Notes: generated from the letters alone by a model not told the origin. Positions 1-10,429 are shown, counted from the first letter of the stretch. The stretch: 64,000 nucleotides of DNA from Thermodesulfobacteriota bacterium (GCA_963675595.2 CAXXLZ010000002.1:2336001-2400000), one strand, 5' to 3'. Numbers and translations are program-made.

Positions 1-855
1 GGCGGATACCGCATCCAGATTGCATCCCACAACGACGTTTTGAGTTCGACGGAAAACCGGCTCGCCCGGCTTGGGGGTTTCCCGAACCACGCCCTTTTCC
101 CCGGACCGCAAGTAGTCGCGTGCCGCCGTTGGAATTCGGTCCGTGAGTTCGTATTTCTCCAAAATGTCCAGGCAGTCCCGAAAAGTGCTTCTATCCGGAA
201 CAGTGGGACCCGAAGCGATCACATCCAAATCATCGCCGATGACATCGGACAAAATCAAGGAAATCAGGGTCGCAGGCGCGGAAGCCCGGGCCAGATTCCC
301 TCCTTTGAAACACGACAAATGTTTCCGCACCGCGTTGATCTCGTGAATCGTAGCCCCGCACTCCAGCAGAAGGCGCGTCGTCGCCCCCTTCTCTTCCAGT
401 GTGACGTTTCCCGCCGGAAGAGGCGTGAGGGCCGAGCCGCCCCCGGAAATCACGCAAACGATCAGATCGTCTTCCCCGGCCTTACTCACCAGGTCGACGA
501 TCCCTTCCGCGCATTCCAGGCCGTTCTTGTCCGGAATGGGATGGCCCGCTTCCACGATACGGGTCTTTTCCGCGGGGCCTCCGTGTCCGTACTTCACACA
601 AACCAGCCCGCCGGTCACGCGCTCTCCGAGAAGCTCTTCCATGGCCCCGGCCATGGGCGCCCCCGCTTTTCCGGCACCCACGATCCAAATGCGGCGGAAA
701 GCGGTCAGATCATACGTGATCCCACCAAGTTCGAGTTGGTCCCCGTGGACGGAGCAGTGCTTCAGGATCGCGGCCCGAGGCTCCACAGCCCGGATCCCCG
801 CCTCGTAAATGCGCCTCGCGTGGTCCCTGCGCACCATGGACGCGTCACGTCCCAA
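1..855 (-). CDS. Glycerate 2-kinase / hydroxypyruvate reductase (TtuD/MOFRL family), runs off the left edge
   Basis: Manual translation of the minus strand gives GAGKAGAPMA, EAGHPIPD, VISGGGSAL, GATIHEINAVRKHLS and LSDVIGDDLDVIASGPT. Start is TTG855 (AAGGAG upstream) or ATG837. Absent from the ORF track because its stop lies outside the window. Confidence 0.88.
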   Translation of the reverse strand, partial: MGRDASMVRRDHARRIYEAGIRAVEPRAAILKHCSVHGDQLELGGITYDLTAFRRIWIVGAGKAGAPMAGAMEELLGERVTGGLVCVKYGHGGPAEKTRIVEAGHPIPDKNGLECAEGIVDLVSKAGEDDLIVCVISGGGSALTPLPAGNVTLEEKGATTRLLLECGATIHEINAVRKHLSCFKGGNLARASAPATLISLILSDVIGDDLDVIASGPTVPDRSTFRDCLDILEKYELTDRIPTAARDYLRSGEKGVVRETPKPGEPVFRRTQNVVVGCNLDAVSA

Positions 856-992
856 TCAATGCATCTCCTTTGTCGCACCAAGCCGTATACCGACAAGCGT
901 CGCCGCGTTTCGGCGAATTCCGCGGCCGTCTTGAAGGCAGGGGGGCACTATGGCATAATCCCGGCTGGAGTGCAATCCATGGATCAGCAGAA

Positions 993-1307
993 ATGAAAGA
1001 GGAATGGGACGAGCCCTTTCCGGAACCCCTGGAACTTCCCATTGAAGGCGTGCTGGACCTCCACACGTTCAATCCGGGCGAAGCGAGGTCGCTTGTGCCG
1101 GAATACCTCCGAGCCTGTGTCGTAAAAGGCATACGGGAAGTGGACATCATCCACGGCAAAGGTTCCGGCACGTTGCGTAGGATCGTCCACGCAGCGCTGG
1201 AGAAGGACGACTTGGTGGAGGGGTATCGCTGGGACGGCACCAATTGGGGAGTCACGAGGGTTACGCTCAAAGAGCCGGACGTACCGTCGGAGAACAACCC
1301 TTCTTGA
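993..1307 (+). CDS. Stand-alone Smr/MutS2 C-terminal domain protein
   Basis: LDLH...IIHGKGSGTLR Smr motifs. Confidence 0.85.
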   Translation: MKEEWDEPFPEPLELPIEGVLDLHTFNPGEARSLVPEYLRACVVKGIREVDIIHGKGSGTLRRIVHAALEKDDLVEGYRWDGTNWGVTRVTLKEPDVPSENNPS

Positions 1308-1333
1308 CGGCCCACTGAAGGCGTCGGGTTGCC

Positions 1334-1429
1334 GCGGGCTCGCAAGAAACAATGCTTTGCAGGGCGTACCTATCCCCGGGAACGACTCGTACTTGGAGTA
1401 CGCCGTAGCTCGTGTTTTTCACGAACCTC
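1334..1429 (+). repeat. Degenerate, internally deleted copy of a ~125-bp intergenic repeat
   Basis: Shares CGTACTTGGAGTACGCCG-like core and CGTGTTTTTC-like end with copies at 8105 and 27901. Confidence 0.55.
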
Positions 1430-1657
1430 TTGAGATTCATTCCCGCGGCCGCGCTTCCTCGGCCGAGATCATTGCAGCCTACGCCTTGCTTGGAAAGAGT
1501 CGCAAGCCGTCCCGACCTTACCACGGGATTCCTGACCGTCATCGGCACACTCTGAGCCGGAGCCAACCCTTCCAGCGTGAAGTTGTCGCCGAGTTGGACG
1601 CCTTGGGCGCGAAGCATTTCAGAAGCTTTGGCGCCGCCCGGCAGACGGCACGGCGGC

Positions 1658-2242
1658 CTATGTCCCTTTCGAAAGCGGTTGATAACCTTCGTCACAGACG
1701 ATCATGTCGGCCAGTTCATCCCAGGTTCGTACCCTTGGGAAAGGATGATCCACCGAATTCCACGGCTGCTCGAACACAATGGGGACAATATCGTGTTCGG
1801 GCAGCAGAAAACAGGTTTCGATCCGATCCTCGACGAAATATCGCACGCCCAGCCGCTTGAGCACTTCAGGCTTCGCTTCCCCCGCGCCCGTGGTTTCGAT
1901 AACGAACGACATGGGGTCCGCGTCCCGCATGACCTGCTTCATCCAGGATGCGATGGGCGCACACGAGTCCCTGGCCGTGACGAAAACCAACGGCTCATGG
2001 CGGGAGAATCGTGTGAGCACCTCCACCGCGCCTTGTATGGGCTCGAGCCCCAACAAGTGGGGCTCGTCCAGAATGAGGCGCGTGATGGGTGCGATCACCT
2101 CCGGGGGCACACCGAAACATTCCCCCAGATCGTAGGTTCGGATGTCGTCATATTTCCAGTGATGATAATGAAATCGGGTCCGCGCAAGCCATAGAAACAG
2201 GTTCATCGTGTCCGCCACAACTCCGTCGATATCAAAGGCCAC
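1658..2242 (-). CDS. HAD-superfamily 5'(3')-deoxyribonucleotidase-like protein
   Basis: FDIDGVVAD motif I, FVTAR, YFVEDR, QPWN; true start may lie slightly upstream. Confidence 0.8.
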   Translation of the reverse strand: MAFDIDGVVADTMNLFLWLARTRFHYHHWKYDDIRTYDLGECFGVPPEVIAPITRLILDEPHLLGLEPIQGAVEVLTRFSRHEPLVFVTARDSCAPIASWMKQVMRDADPMSFVIETTGAGEAKPEVLKRLGVRYFVEDRIETCFLLPEHDIVPIVFEQPWNSVDHPFPRVRTWDELADMIVCDEGYQPLSKGT

Positions 2243-2277
2243 CTGTTCCAGGGGAACCCCGTTTTTAAGTTCGGAAA

Positions 2278-3207
2278 TCAGGATTTCACTCCTTCACTCT
2301 TCAGATAATCGTATGCATTTGCCGCCGCTCGGGCTCCGTCCGCACACGCGGTAATGACTTGACGCAGAGGAGTATCCCGAATATCTCCGGCGGCAAACAA
2401 GCCGGGCTGAGACGACATTAGCCGGTCGTCGGTTTGAACAAAGCCTTCCTCGGTTGTCTTCAGAGGAATTTCAATCGCTTGAAGATCAGGCTGCCACCCA
2501 ACACAAACGAAGACTCCGTCGGCGCACAAGACCGACTCTTCTCCCGTCTTCCCGCGAACTTTCACTCCTGAAGCCTTCCCTTCGCCGAGAATCTCCTCCA
2601 CTTCGACGTCGTAGAGAATCTCGACGTTCTCCCGCGACCGAAGCTCTTTTTGAAGAGCTTCTTCCGCCCGTAATTCACCACGTCGATGGACCATCCGTAT
2701 ATTGTCGGCAAACTTGCTGAGAATCAGGGCCTCGTGAGCCGCCATGTTTCCTCCGCCCACAATGACCAGCGTGGCGTTTCTTCCTTTGTATAAAGGGCCG
2801 TCGCACAAAGCGCAGTGGTGTGTGGCGAGTTTGTCGGCTCCGGGTACATTGATGGGTTTGGGAACGACCCCCATCGCCAGAATGGCTGTACGAGCCCTGA
2901 ACCACTGCTCCACAGCAGTCTCTCCTAGAAAACCTTCTCCATCCGTCTTGAGGCGCCGGAGCATGCTCATGGGACAAAAGGCCCCTTCTTGAGCGGCCTG
3001 GGCGAACATTTGAGTCCCTACTTGAGTTCCCGCCGCGCCGCCGGGAAACCCGGGATAGTTCATCAAGTTTTCGATCATGTACATGTTGCCGCCGGGCGTG
3101 TCTCCGAAAACCACGCTCGCCAGGCCCAGCCTTTGGGCGTAGATCGCCGCCGTGAGACCCGCAGGCCCGCTCCCCACGATCATTACGTCAAACTCCATCG
3201 CTTCCAT
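2278..3207 (-). CDS. trxB: Thioredoxin-disulfide reductase
   Basis: GSGPAGLTAA FAD motif, CALCDG redox motif, GGGN..HRR NADPH site, GLFAAGD. Confidence 0.85.
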   Translation of the reverse strand: MEAMEFDVMIVGSGPAGLTAAIYAQRLGLASVVFGDTPGGNMYMIENLMNYPGFPGGAAGTQVGTQMFAQAAQEGAFCPMSMLRRLKTDGEGFLGETAVEQWFRARTAILAMGVVPKPINVPGADKLATHHCALCDGPLYKGRNATLVIVGGGNMAAHEALILSKFADNIRMVHRRGELRAEEALQKELRSRENVEILYDVEVEEILGEGKASGVKVRGKTGEESVLCADGVFVCVGWQPDLQAIEIPLKTTEEGFVQTDDRLMSSQPGLFAAGDIRDTPLRQVITACADGARAAANAYDYLKSEGVKS

Positions 3208-3314
3208 GACCCATCCTTTTTCAAGGGATCGGCGTGGGGCACGAAGCGCGTCCCCCCGCCCGCCATTCGATCATAGGGACGCGCGTGGACTTCATCGCGC
3301 CCGTTTCCACTCGT

Positions 3315-3548
3315 TCAATCAGCCTTGCTTTTTCGTTTCCAGAACGCAAGAACTCCCTCTTTGCCGAATTCCAGTTGAACGAGTTCCCAGCCTTCCGCAC
3401 CCTGTTGGTTCAGCACGCGCAGCAACGCCTCGCTTTGGGCGTCCGGAACCTGTTCCAGGGTGCATTCGCCCTCGTCGGAACAGAAATAGACAAGGTGGGC
3501 AAATTCTCCGGCGCTGTGGCGCGTAATGGCATATTCGAAGGTTTCCAT
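3315..3548 (-). CDS. Small DUF4177-like protein
   Basis: FEY...LNQQGAEGWELVQ...FWKR pattern; RBS GAGGAG. Confidence 0.65.
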   Translation of the reverse strand: METFEYAITRHSAGEFAHLVYFCSDEGECTLEQVPDAQSEALLRVLNQQGAEGWELVQLEFGKEGVLAFWKRKSKAD

Positions 3549-3639
3549 GGTTTCTCCTCAAGTGTCCTTACCGGGCCGCACCCCGCAGAGTGGAAGTGGA
3601 CGGCGCCTGTCAGAAAGCATGGTGCCGATCTCCCAAAAA

Positions 3640-4386
3640 TCAGACGCCGTGCTTCTGGGACACGATCTTCTTGGCGTTCTCGTATCGCCGGGCGACCTCC
3701 GGCCAATTGATGATCTCCATGAAACTCTTGACGTAATCTCCCCGTTTGTTCTGGTACTTGAGGTAGTAGGCATGCTCCCACACGTCACAGACAAGTATGG
3801 GCTGCACTCCCCAGATCGTAAGGTCCTGGTGTTTCTCCGCCTGAAGAATGAGCAAAGCCCCCTTGAACGGGTCCAAGGCCAGTATGCCCCATCCGCTCGC
3901 TTCCACCGCACCGGTGGCCGCCGTGAACTGAGCGCTGAACTGCTCGAACCCTCCGAAGCTCTTCTTCAGGCCCTCCAGCAAATCGCCTTCCGGTCCCGGA
4001 CCTCCCTTGGGAGCCATGTTCTTCCAGTAAAGAGAGTGAAGCACGTGACCCGATCCGTGAAAAGCGAGTTCCCGCGACCAGTGCTTCACCATGGCATAGT
4101 CGCCCGCGCCTCTAGCCTCCGCCAAAGCCTCGAGCGCTTTGTTGAAGCCTTTGACGTACCCTGCATGATGCTTGTCGTGGTGCAGCATGAGGGTTTCTTT
4201 GTCGATATACGGTTCCAAGGCATCGTAAGCGTAAGGCAACGGAGGAAGCATGCAGCCCCCCTCGATGCCGGCGGGTTCGATCGCCGCCACCGCATGGGCC
4301 GTATCGGGCAGAGCGGCCAATCCCAGCGTCACGGCGGCCGCACCGGCTCCCACCATCAAGTCCCTTCTGGAAATCGGGTGATCCAC
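3640..4386 (-). CDS. sod: Fe/Mn superoxide dismutase with Tat signal peptide
   Basis: LPPLPYAYDALEP, HHDKHH, HGSGHVLH, DVWEHAYY; GTG start after AAGGAG; SRRDLM twin-Arg and AHA cleavage site. Confidence 0.92.
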   Translation of the reverse strand: MDHPISRRDLMVGAGAAAVTLGLAALPDTAHAVAAIEPAGIEGGCMLPPLPYAYDALEPYIDKETLMLHHDKHHAGYVKGFNKALEALAEARGAGDYAMVKHWSRELAFHGSGHVLHSLYWKNMAPKGGPGPEGDLLEGLKKSFGGFEQFSAQFTAATGAVEASGWGILALDPFKGALLILQAEKHQDLTIWGVQPILVCDVWEHAYYLKYQNKRGDYVKSFMEIINWPEVARRYENAKKIVSQKHGV

Positions 4387-4468
4387 GGAAGACTCCTTTC
4401 TTAATCGCGTTATCGATTGCCTGCGCTCCAAATCTTCGGAAAGCGTCTTTCCAAAGACATTTTCCTTA

Positions 4469-4987
4469 TCACGCACCATCCCAGTGCGAATGTTCCTTCT
4501 CCGCGAACCAATGTACCGGATCCACGTAGTATTGGTGCACATCCTCGAACATCAGCAGGTGACCCCGTTCCTCCTCGATCAACCGTTGATAGAATTCCCG
4601 CTCCACCGGATTTTGAGCCTTCTCCGCCAGTTCCTTGTAGAATCGGAGACCTTTGGTTTCGTATTCCATCGCCAGCTTTACGGCCTCCACATCGTCCGTG
4701 TCCGCGTCCACATTTCCCTCCGCATCGTTTCGAGAATTTTCAAAAACGTTCTTTGCGGAGTTCTCGAAAAGAGGGCATTGTGTCGGCCATTCTCCGGTAC
4801 GTTTCATGTCGGCGTAGAGCTTTTGGACGGTTTGAACGTGCTCCCGTTCGGCAATGGCCATGGCTTCAAACATCATTTTACCGTACGCGTTTTTCGTTTT
4901 TGAGGCGGACTCGTTGAAAAACGTATACCCTTCCTCTTCGAAACGAATCGCGGATTCCAGCATTTCCAGGCAAGTGTCGGTGTCCAT
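4469..4987 (-). CDS. Rubrerythrin/ferritin-like di-iron protein
   Basis: Paired E..EREH and E..ERGH di-iron motifs; no rubredoxin domain. Confidence 0.82.
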   Translation of the reverse strand: MDTDTCLEMLESAIRFEEEGYTFFNESASKTKNAYGKMMFEAMAIAEREHVQTVQKLYADMKRTGEWPTQCPLFENSAKNVFENSRNDAEGNVDADTDDVEAVKLAMEYETKGLRFYKELAEKAQNPVEREFYQRLIEEERGHLLMFEDVHQYYVDPVHWFAEKEHSHWDGA

Positions 4988-5087
4988 GGTTTACCCTCCC
5001 ATTTCTTTTAAAATCGAGTTAACCGACTCACCGCCGTCCTTCATTTAAAATTATAAGACCGCCCCCCATGCTCGTCAAAATGTTGAC

Positions 5088-6461
5088 TCAACCCAACCGG
5101 ATGGTCTTCCATCTTCCACGATGAAATCTTTCGGCCATGAACAACCCCTGGAAGACCATGGAGACCACCATGGCCGCCCAAATGCCCGGTGCTCCCCAAC
5201 CCAGAGTAATCCCCAGAAAAAAAGCCAGGGGAATTCGAACGACCCACATGGCCGATCCGATTACCAGGAGAGGCCCCCTGGAATCTCCGGCGCCTTGCAG
5301 TCCCCCTCCCAAAGTGACGCTCAAAGCCATGAAAGGCTCCGAAAACATGTTGAAGCGAAGATATCTCACCGTTTCCCGATGAACGGCGGGGTCGTCGGTG
5401 AGCAATGAAGCGATGGAAGGAGCGAAAACGAACATCACGAAGGCAATGACGCTCAAAATGGCCATGCCGCTGCCGGCCAGTTGCCACCCCACTTTCGAGG
5501 CGCGATCCGGCTCCGCAGCCCCCAGATTCTGCCCCACCAGAATGGAAGCGCTCATGTTCAGGGCGAAGGCGGGCAAAAAGATCACCGCTTCAATCCGGAG
5601 CCCGTTGGCGAAAGCCGCAATGGAGGGTATGCCTGCGTCGCCCAAGCGTCCCAACAAGTGAAAGACGACCAGGCTGCCCGTATTCCATGCAATCTGGAGA
5701 AGAGCGGCAGGCCACGCCACCGAGGCCACGGCTCCGAGAATTCTGCGAGAAAGCCTTCGCGGTCCGAGAAAAACTTCTCGCCAACCCGTACCGTACAGAA
5801 GGACGAGATTAACGGCCATTCCCAACACGGCCGACGCGGCCGTGGACAGGGCAATGCCCGGATATCCCAACGGCGGGATGGGCCCCGCGCCGAACACCAG
5901 TGTGAAGTCTCCGATCACGTTGAAAACGCCGACCAGAAACATAGTGAACAGAGGCTTCTTGACTTCGCCGCCGGCACGAAAAACGGCGTTACTGATGATC
6001 AAGAGATAATTCGGGCCCAGGGCCAAAGAAAAAATCTTGAGAAAGATGTCGCTTCGGGATCGGACTTCTTCAGGCAACCCCGCCAAAGAAACGATGCCGG
6101 TGTGAAAGAGGACGCCCACCAAGCTGAGAAGCGCACCCAGGAGAACACCGAAAAGGAGCGATTCCCGGGCGCCTCGAACGGCAAGGGCCCGGTCGCCGGC
6201 CCCTACGGCTCGGGAAACCAAGGCCACAGTCCCCACGCCCACCGCATTGGCCACCACGATGAAAAGGAAATACAGCTGAGCGACGAAGCCCACCGATGCC
6301 TGCACTTCCGGACTGATCAACCCCGCTACGTACACGTCCGTGAATCCCACGGCAAAGTTGAACAGCATGATCAGAAGCATGGGCCACGACGTGTGCCAGA
6401 TGCTCTTCCAGGAATCCCCTGAAGTCAGGTTGGGAACCGCGTGAAGATGTGACTTGAGCAT
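5088..6461 (-). CDS. MATE family efflux transporter
   Basis: 12-TM two-repeat architecture; SRAVGAGD and GQNLGA motifs. Confidence 0.88.
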   Translation of the reverse strand: MLKSHLHAVPNLTSGDSWKSIWHTSWPMLLIMLFNFAVGFTDVYVAGLISPEVQASVGFVAQLYFLFIVVANAVGVGTVALVSRAVGAGDRALAVRGARESLLFGVLLGALLSLVGVLFHTGIVSLAGLPEEVRSRSDIFLKIFSLALGPNYLLIISNAVFRAGGEVKKPLFTMFLVGVFNVIGDFTLVFGAGPIPPLGYPGIALSTAASAVLGMAVNLVLLYGTGWREVFLGPRRLSRRILGAVASVAWPAALLQIAWNTGSLVVFHLLGRLGDAGIPSIAAFANGLRIEAVIFLPAFALNMSASILVGQNLGAAEPDRASKVGWQLAGSGMAILSVIAFVMFVFAPSIASLLTDDPAVHRETVRYLRFNMFSEPFMALSVTLGGGLQGAGDSRGPLLVIGSAMWVVRIPLAFFLGITLGWGAPGIWAAMVVSMVFQGLFMAERFHRGRWKTIRLG

Positions 6462-6777
6462 GAAATCCGAAACCTGTGACACTACCTAAGGCTTGATGGG
6501 AGATCGGGCCGTTCGAAGAGTTCGAAGGGCTACGGAGAACCGGAGGGCGACACGCGCGCTTGAGATTAGTATAGGCACCGTTGAGGAACGGCACAAGTAT
6601 CGGCGTGCTCTTACGGAAGAGAAATGTTGCGAAGGTTGGATTGTTGGATGGTCCGAAATCGAGGCCGCAGGCGGTGTTTGTAGTTGCCCGGAATCGGGCG
6701 GGCTTATTGGGCAAGATTTTCCCCGGCAGGGAGATCGATGCCCGCCCCACTCCGTGTGCGGACCACCCGGAAAGTCA

Positions 6778-7005
6778 CTAGTACCAGAACGGCCAGGTGT
6801 CCGGATATTCTTTGTAGCCCACGATATACCTGGACGTTTCTTGATAAGGCCAGAAAGGCGTCGGCGACCGCATTTGGTAGTTTTCTCGTGAATACGGCGG
6901 CTTATAGTAGAGCCCGGCTTCTCCGGTGATGGTCGTACCCACCCAGATGCAGCCCGATTGGACACAGAAACACGCCAACAGAAGAACCAACTTCAGAGTT
7001 TTCAT
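6778..7005 (-). CDS. Small putative lipoprotein, aromatic-rich
   Basis: MKTLKLVLLLACFCVQSGC signal and lipobox-like Cys; GGGAG upstream. Confidence 0.45.
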   Translation of the reverse strand: MKTLKLVLLLACFCVQSGCIWVGTTITGEAGLYYKPPYSRENYQMRSPTPFWPYQETSRYIVGYKEYPDTWPFWY

Positions 7006-7448
7006 ACCCGGCTCCCGTGAAAAAGATGCAACATTTCCAAGCAAGTTCCGGGCCGGCGCCGGCATCGCGTCACCAACGAAGAGAAGGTCGGTCTCTCGGG
7101 ATGAGAGACCGACCTTCGGAGGTGGGAGTAAGAATTGACGGCACGCCCTATGATTAAGCAGACTTCGTGCCGGCACGCTGCGCGAACAGTAAACCAGGAA
7201 GCAACCTATTGATATAACAAGTCATCTTACACACCAGGGGCGCTCGCCGGCTGCGGACGTACTCAGGCCTCGCCCGTGAAAACCTACGCAACGGTAAGAT
7301 CGAACCAACCATGCAACCGATTCGTAGGTTTCCGGGTGCGCTCCCTCAGGGCTTGCAAATTCGGTTTCAAGCGTATAGAAGCTGGAACGGTCCGCGGTGC
7401 CTGTTCCAAGGGTATGTCGATGGACACTAGGCATTGAAGAGAAAAAGT

Positions 7449-8105
7449 ATGAGTCAGAGCCCGATAAAAGAACTATCCGCCATGTCTTTGGTGGATGTCG
7501 GCCACCAAACCGAGCTCCACTTGAAGATCGCGGGGGTGACCGAGAAGGCCAAAGGCAAGCTCGTGGGCATGGATCCGGGACGTTGCCTGATCATCAAGCC
7601 CCCCGACTTGGCCAACCTTCAAGAGCCCATTTACAACGGAAAGCAGGTCGTGGCCAGGTATCTCTGGAAGGGCTCCGTTTACGGATTCCATGCCAAGATC
7701 GTCAATGTGGTCACTTTCCCCGTCAGCTTGTTGTTCACTTCCTTTCCGACTCGCGTGGAGCGATATGACGTTCGAAAGCACGACCGCATCGAATGCTTGA
7801 TCCCTGTAACCATCTCCACCGCGAAGGATACCATCTCCGGCATGATCACCGACCTGAGCGCCGGAGGGTGCCGTATCATCTACAAGTCGCCTGACCTCGT
7901 CACCCAACGGGTCCACGATGAAGTGGAACTCTCCTTCGTCGTCCCTTCGAGAGAGAAGGCCTTTTCCTGCAAAGCGAGCGTCCGAAATATCCAGCAGGCC
8001 GAAACGAAGACTTTCCTCGGAGTCGAATTCAAACCTCTTCCCGAAGACCTGGAAGAAGCCGTCATCGACTATATCGTAAGAGTGAATACGATCGTCTATC
8101 TCTAG
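7449..8105 (+). CDS. Flagellar brake-type PilZN-PilZ c-di-GMP receptor
   Basis: RKHDR (RxxxR) and DLSAGG (DxSxxG) PilZ motifs. Confidence 0.85.
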   Translation: MSQSPIKELSAMSLVDVGHQTELHLKIAGVTEKAKGKLVGMDPGRCLIIKPPDLANLQEPIYNGKQVVARYLWKGSVYGFHAKIVNVVTFPVSLLFTSFPTRVERYDVRKHDRIECLIPVTISTAKDTISGMITDLSAGGCRIIYKSPDLVTQRVHDEVELSFVVPSREKAFSCKASVRNIQQAETKTFLGVEFKPLPEDLEEAVIDYIVRVNTIVYL

Positions 8106-8230
8106 CGGGCCGAAGAAAAACGCGATCTGCGGCGTTTCGTTTGATCCCTCGTCACTGCGGTGTATTCCAAGTACGTCCCACTCCTTGAGATTTACGGGGC
8201 TTGCACCTCATCGTTTCTTCGCCGGCCTGC
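8105..8230 (-). repeat. ~125-bp intergenic repeat with imperfect terminal inverted repeats
   Basis: Reverse complement aligns colinearly with 27901-28026; ends GCGGGCCGAAGAAAAACG / CGTTTCTTCGCCGGCCTGC. Confidence 0.75.
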
Positions 8231-8296
8231 CGCCCCGACTTTTTAAACGGGCTGAGTCGGACATGGGCTTGCCGGCGGATGGGCAACGGCCCGGAA

Positions 8297-10429
8297 TCAG
8301 GCGCTTCCTCTTCGTACCAGGAGCATGCGGCTGTCCGCCAGAACGCAACCTTGACCTGCGGGATAAACAATCAAGGGGTTGATGTCCAGTTCCTCAATTT
8401 CAGTTTGTTCCACCATCAGCTGAGACAGACGCAGCAGGCATTCCTGAATCGCCGCCACATCCGACGCCGGCATTCCGCGAACCCCTTTGAGCATTTTGTA
8501 CATCTTGAGGTGCTCGATCATGCGTTCGGCGCTCCTTTCCCACATGGGAGCGAGACGGAAGGTCACGTCTTTGATGATTTCCACGAAAGTCCCACCCAGG
8601 CCCACCATGATCATGGGACCGAATTTCGAGTCCCGATTGGCGCCCAAAATCACCTCGACACCTTTCCGGGCCATCTGTTCCACTCGAATTCCGTTGATTC
8701 TCGCCTCCGGGAATCCACTCTTCACGTTGGATAGGATATCGTGATACGCCTTTTTCGCCTGGGCCTCCGTCTTGATCTTGAGCACTACGCCGCCGGCATC
8801 GAACTTGTGGACCACGTCCGGAGAATCGATCTTCATGGCCACCGGGAACCCCAAGTCGTTGAGGATCTCGCCCAATTGCTCTTCCTTCTTGGCGAGACCG
8901 GCCCGCAGCGTGGGGAAACCGTAGCAGGAAAGCACTTCGTTGGCTTCCGACTGGGGAAGATAGGCCGAGGATTCGGAGCCCAGCTTGCTTATGATCAGCC
9001 GGTTCGCCTTGTCCTTGTCCACGTCGAAAGTCTTGTATTGTCGCCCCGTAAGGTCCATGCGGCCGGTGAAGTAGACCATGCTGGCCAAGGCGTGCACCGC
9101 CTGCTCGGCCAGAAAATAGTTGGGATATCCGTGGCTCTCCAAGTAGCGCACTCCCTCGGATACGTCCACGATGCCCATGAATACGCAGAGGACCGGTTTG
9201 TCAATCCCTTCACAGGCCCGTGGAATAATTTCCGCGGTTTCGAGAATATCCGTGATGGCCTGAGGCGACATGATGACGATGGCGCCGGCAACGTTGGGAT
9301 CGCGAAGCACGGTTCGAATTGCGGCCTCATAACGCTCGTGACCGGCGTCCCCGATGATGTCCACGGGGTTCCGCACGCTCGCCGCGGGGGGGAGCACCGC
9401 CTTCAGATTCTCTTTGGTGGATTCCTCGAGTTCGGCCAGTTCCAGGTTAACACGGTAGGCCGCGTCCACGGCCATGATGCCGGGTCCTCCCGCGTTGGTT
9501 ATGATGGCGAAGCGGTTGCCTTTGGGCAGGGGTTGGCGGGCGAAGGCGATGGCCGCGTCGAACACCTGGCTCAAATTGTCCATGCGTTGAATCCCGCTCT
9601 GGAGGAATATGGCGTCATAAGCCGTATCGGAACCGGCCAAAGCGCCGGTGTGAGACGAAGCCGCCGCGGCTCCTCTGGGGGATCGGCCGGATTTCATCGC
9701 CAGCATGGGTTTCTGGTATCTCCAGTTGATCTCCTGGGCGGTTTCCAAAAAGCGTCGTCCGTCCGTGATATCCTCGAGATACATGACGATCACTTCCGTA
9801 TCGGGGTCGTCCTTCAGGTAGTTGAGCAGATCGATCTCATCCACGTCCGCCTTGTTTCCGAAGGAGATGAATTTGGAAAATCCGATGTTATGGCCGGAGG
9901 CGTAGTCCATGATGGCCGTGCACAATGCGCCGCTCTGCGAAATCACGGCGATCTTCCCCGTCCTGGGCATGATCCGGCTGAAACTGGCATTCATGGCGAT
10001 TTCCGGATTGGTATTGATGATACCCAGGCAGTTGGGACCGATCATGGAAATTCCAAGCTCGGCCACCCGTGCTTTGAGCTTCTTTTCCTGTTCGAGCCCC
10101 TCTCCTCCGACCTCCTTAAACCCGGCGGTGATCACGATGACCCCTTTGACGCCTTTTGCCGCGGCCTCTTCCACCACGCTTTCCACGGCTCCCACCGGAA
10201 CGATGACCACGGCCAGGTCCAACGGGTCCGGGATATCGAGTATGGAAGGATAGGCCCGGATCGCCTGCACGAAGCGCGTCCGGTTGTTCACCGGGTAGAC
10301 GCCGCCGGTGAACCCGCCTTGGATCAGGTTCTGCATCACGGCACGTCCGACGCTCCCCGGACGGTTCGTGGCCCCGATAACGGCCACGGACTGAGGAGAA
10401 AACATGGACTTAAGATGATCCAAACGCAT
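8297..10429 (-). CDS. ADP-forming acetate/acyl-CoA synthetase (fused alpha-beta)
   Basis: CoA-binding VAVIGA, GPNCLG, SQSGA, SHTGALAG phospho-His, ATP-grasp VHKFDAGGV and ELDINPL; no GNAT domain. Confidence 0.88.
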   Translation of the reverse strand: MRLDHLKSMFSPQSVAVIGATNRPGSVGRAVMQNLIQGGFTGGVYPVNNRTRFVQAIRAYPSILDIPDPLDLAVVIVPVGAVESVVEEAAAKGVKGVIVITAGFKEVGGEGLEQEKKLKARVAELGISMIGPNCLGIINTNPEIAMNASFSRIMPRTGKIAVISQSGALCTAIMDYASGHNIGFSKFISFGNKADVDEIDLLNYLKDDPDTEVIVMYLEDITDGRRFLETAQEINWRYQKPMLAMKSGRSPRGAAAASSHTGALAGSDTAYDAIFLQSGIQRMDNLSQVFDAAIAFARQPLPKGNRFAIITNAGGPGIMAVDAAYRVNLELAELEESTKENLKAVLPPAASVRNPVDIIGDAGHERYEAAIRTVLRDPNVAGAIVIMSPQAITDILETAEIIPRACEGIDKPVLCVFMGIVDVSEGVRYLESHGYPNYFLAEQAVHALASMVYFTGRMDLTGRQYKTFDVDKDKANRLIISKLGSESSAYLPQSEANEVLSCYGFPTLRAGLAKKEEQLGEILNDLGFPVAMKIDSPDVVHKFDAGGVVLKIKTEAQAKKAYHDILSNVKSGFPEARINGIRVEQMARKGVEVILGANRDSKFGPMIMVGLGGTFVEIIKDVTFRLAPMWERSAERMIEHLKMYKMLKGVRGMPASDVAAIQECLLRLSQLMVEQTEIEELDINPLIVYPAGQGCVLADSRMLLVRRGSA

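Noticed and set aside
40-996. 318-aa plus-strand ORF
   Set aside because: Antisense shadow of the glycerate kinase gene; no motifs.
1310-1657. Possible structured RNA (tmRNA/RNase P) or the overlapping 142-167 aa ORFs
   Set aside because: No tRNA-like ends or RNase P consensus seen; partly explained by a degenerate repeat; the ORFs lack motifs.
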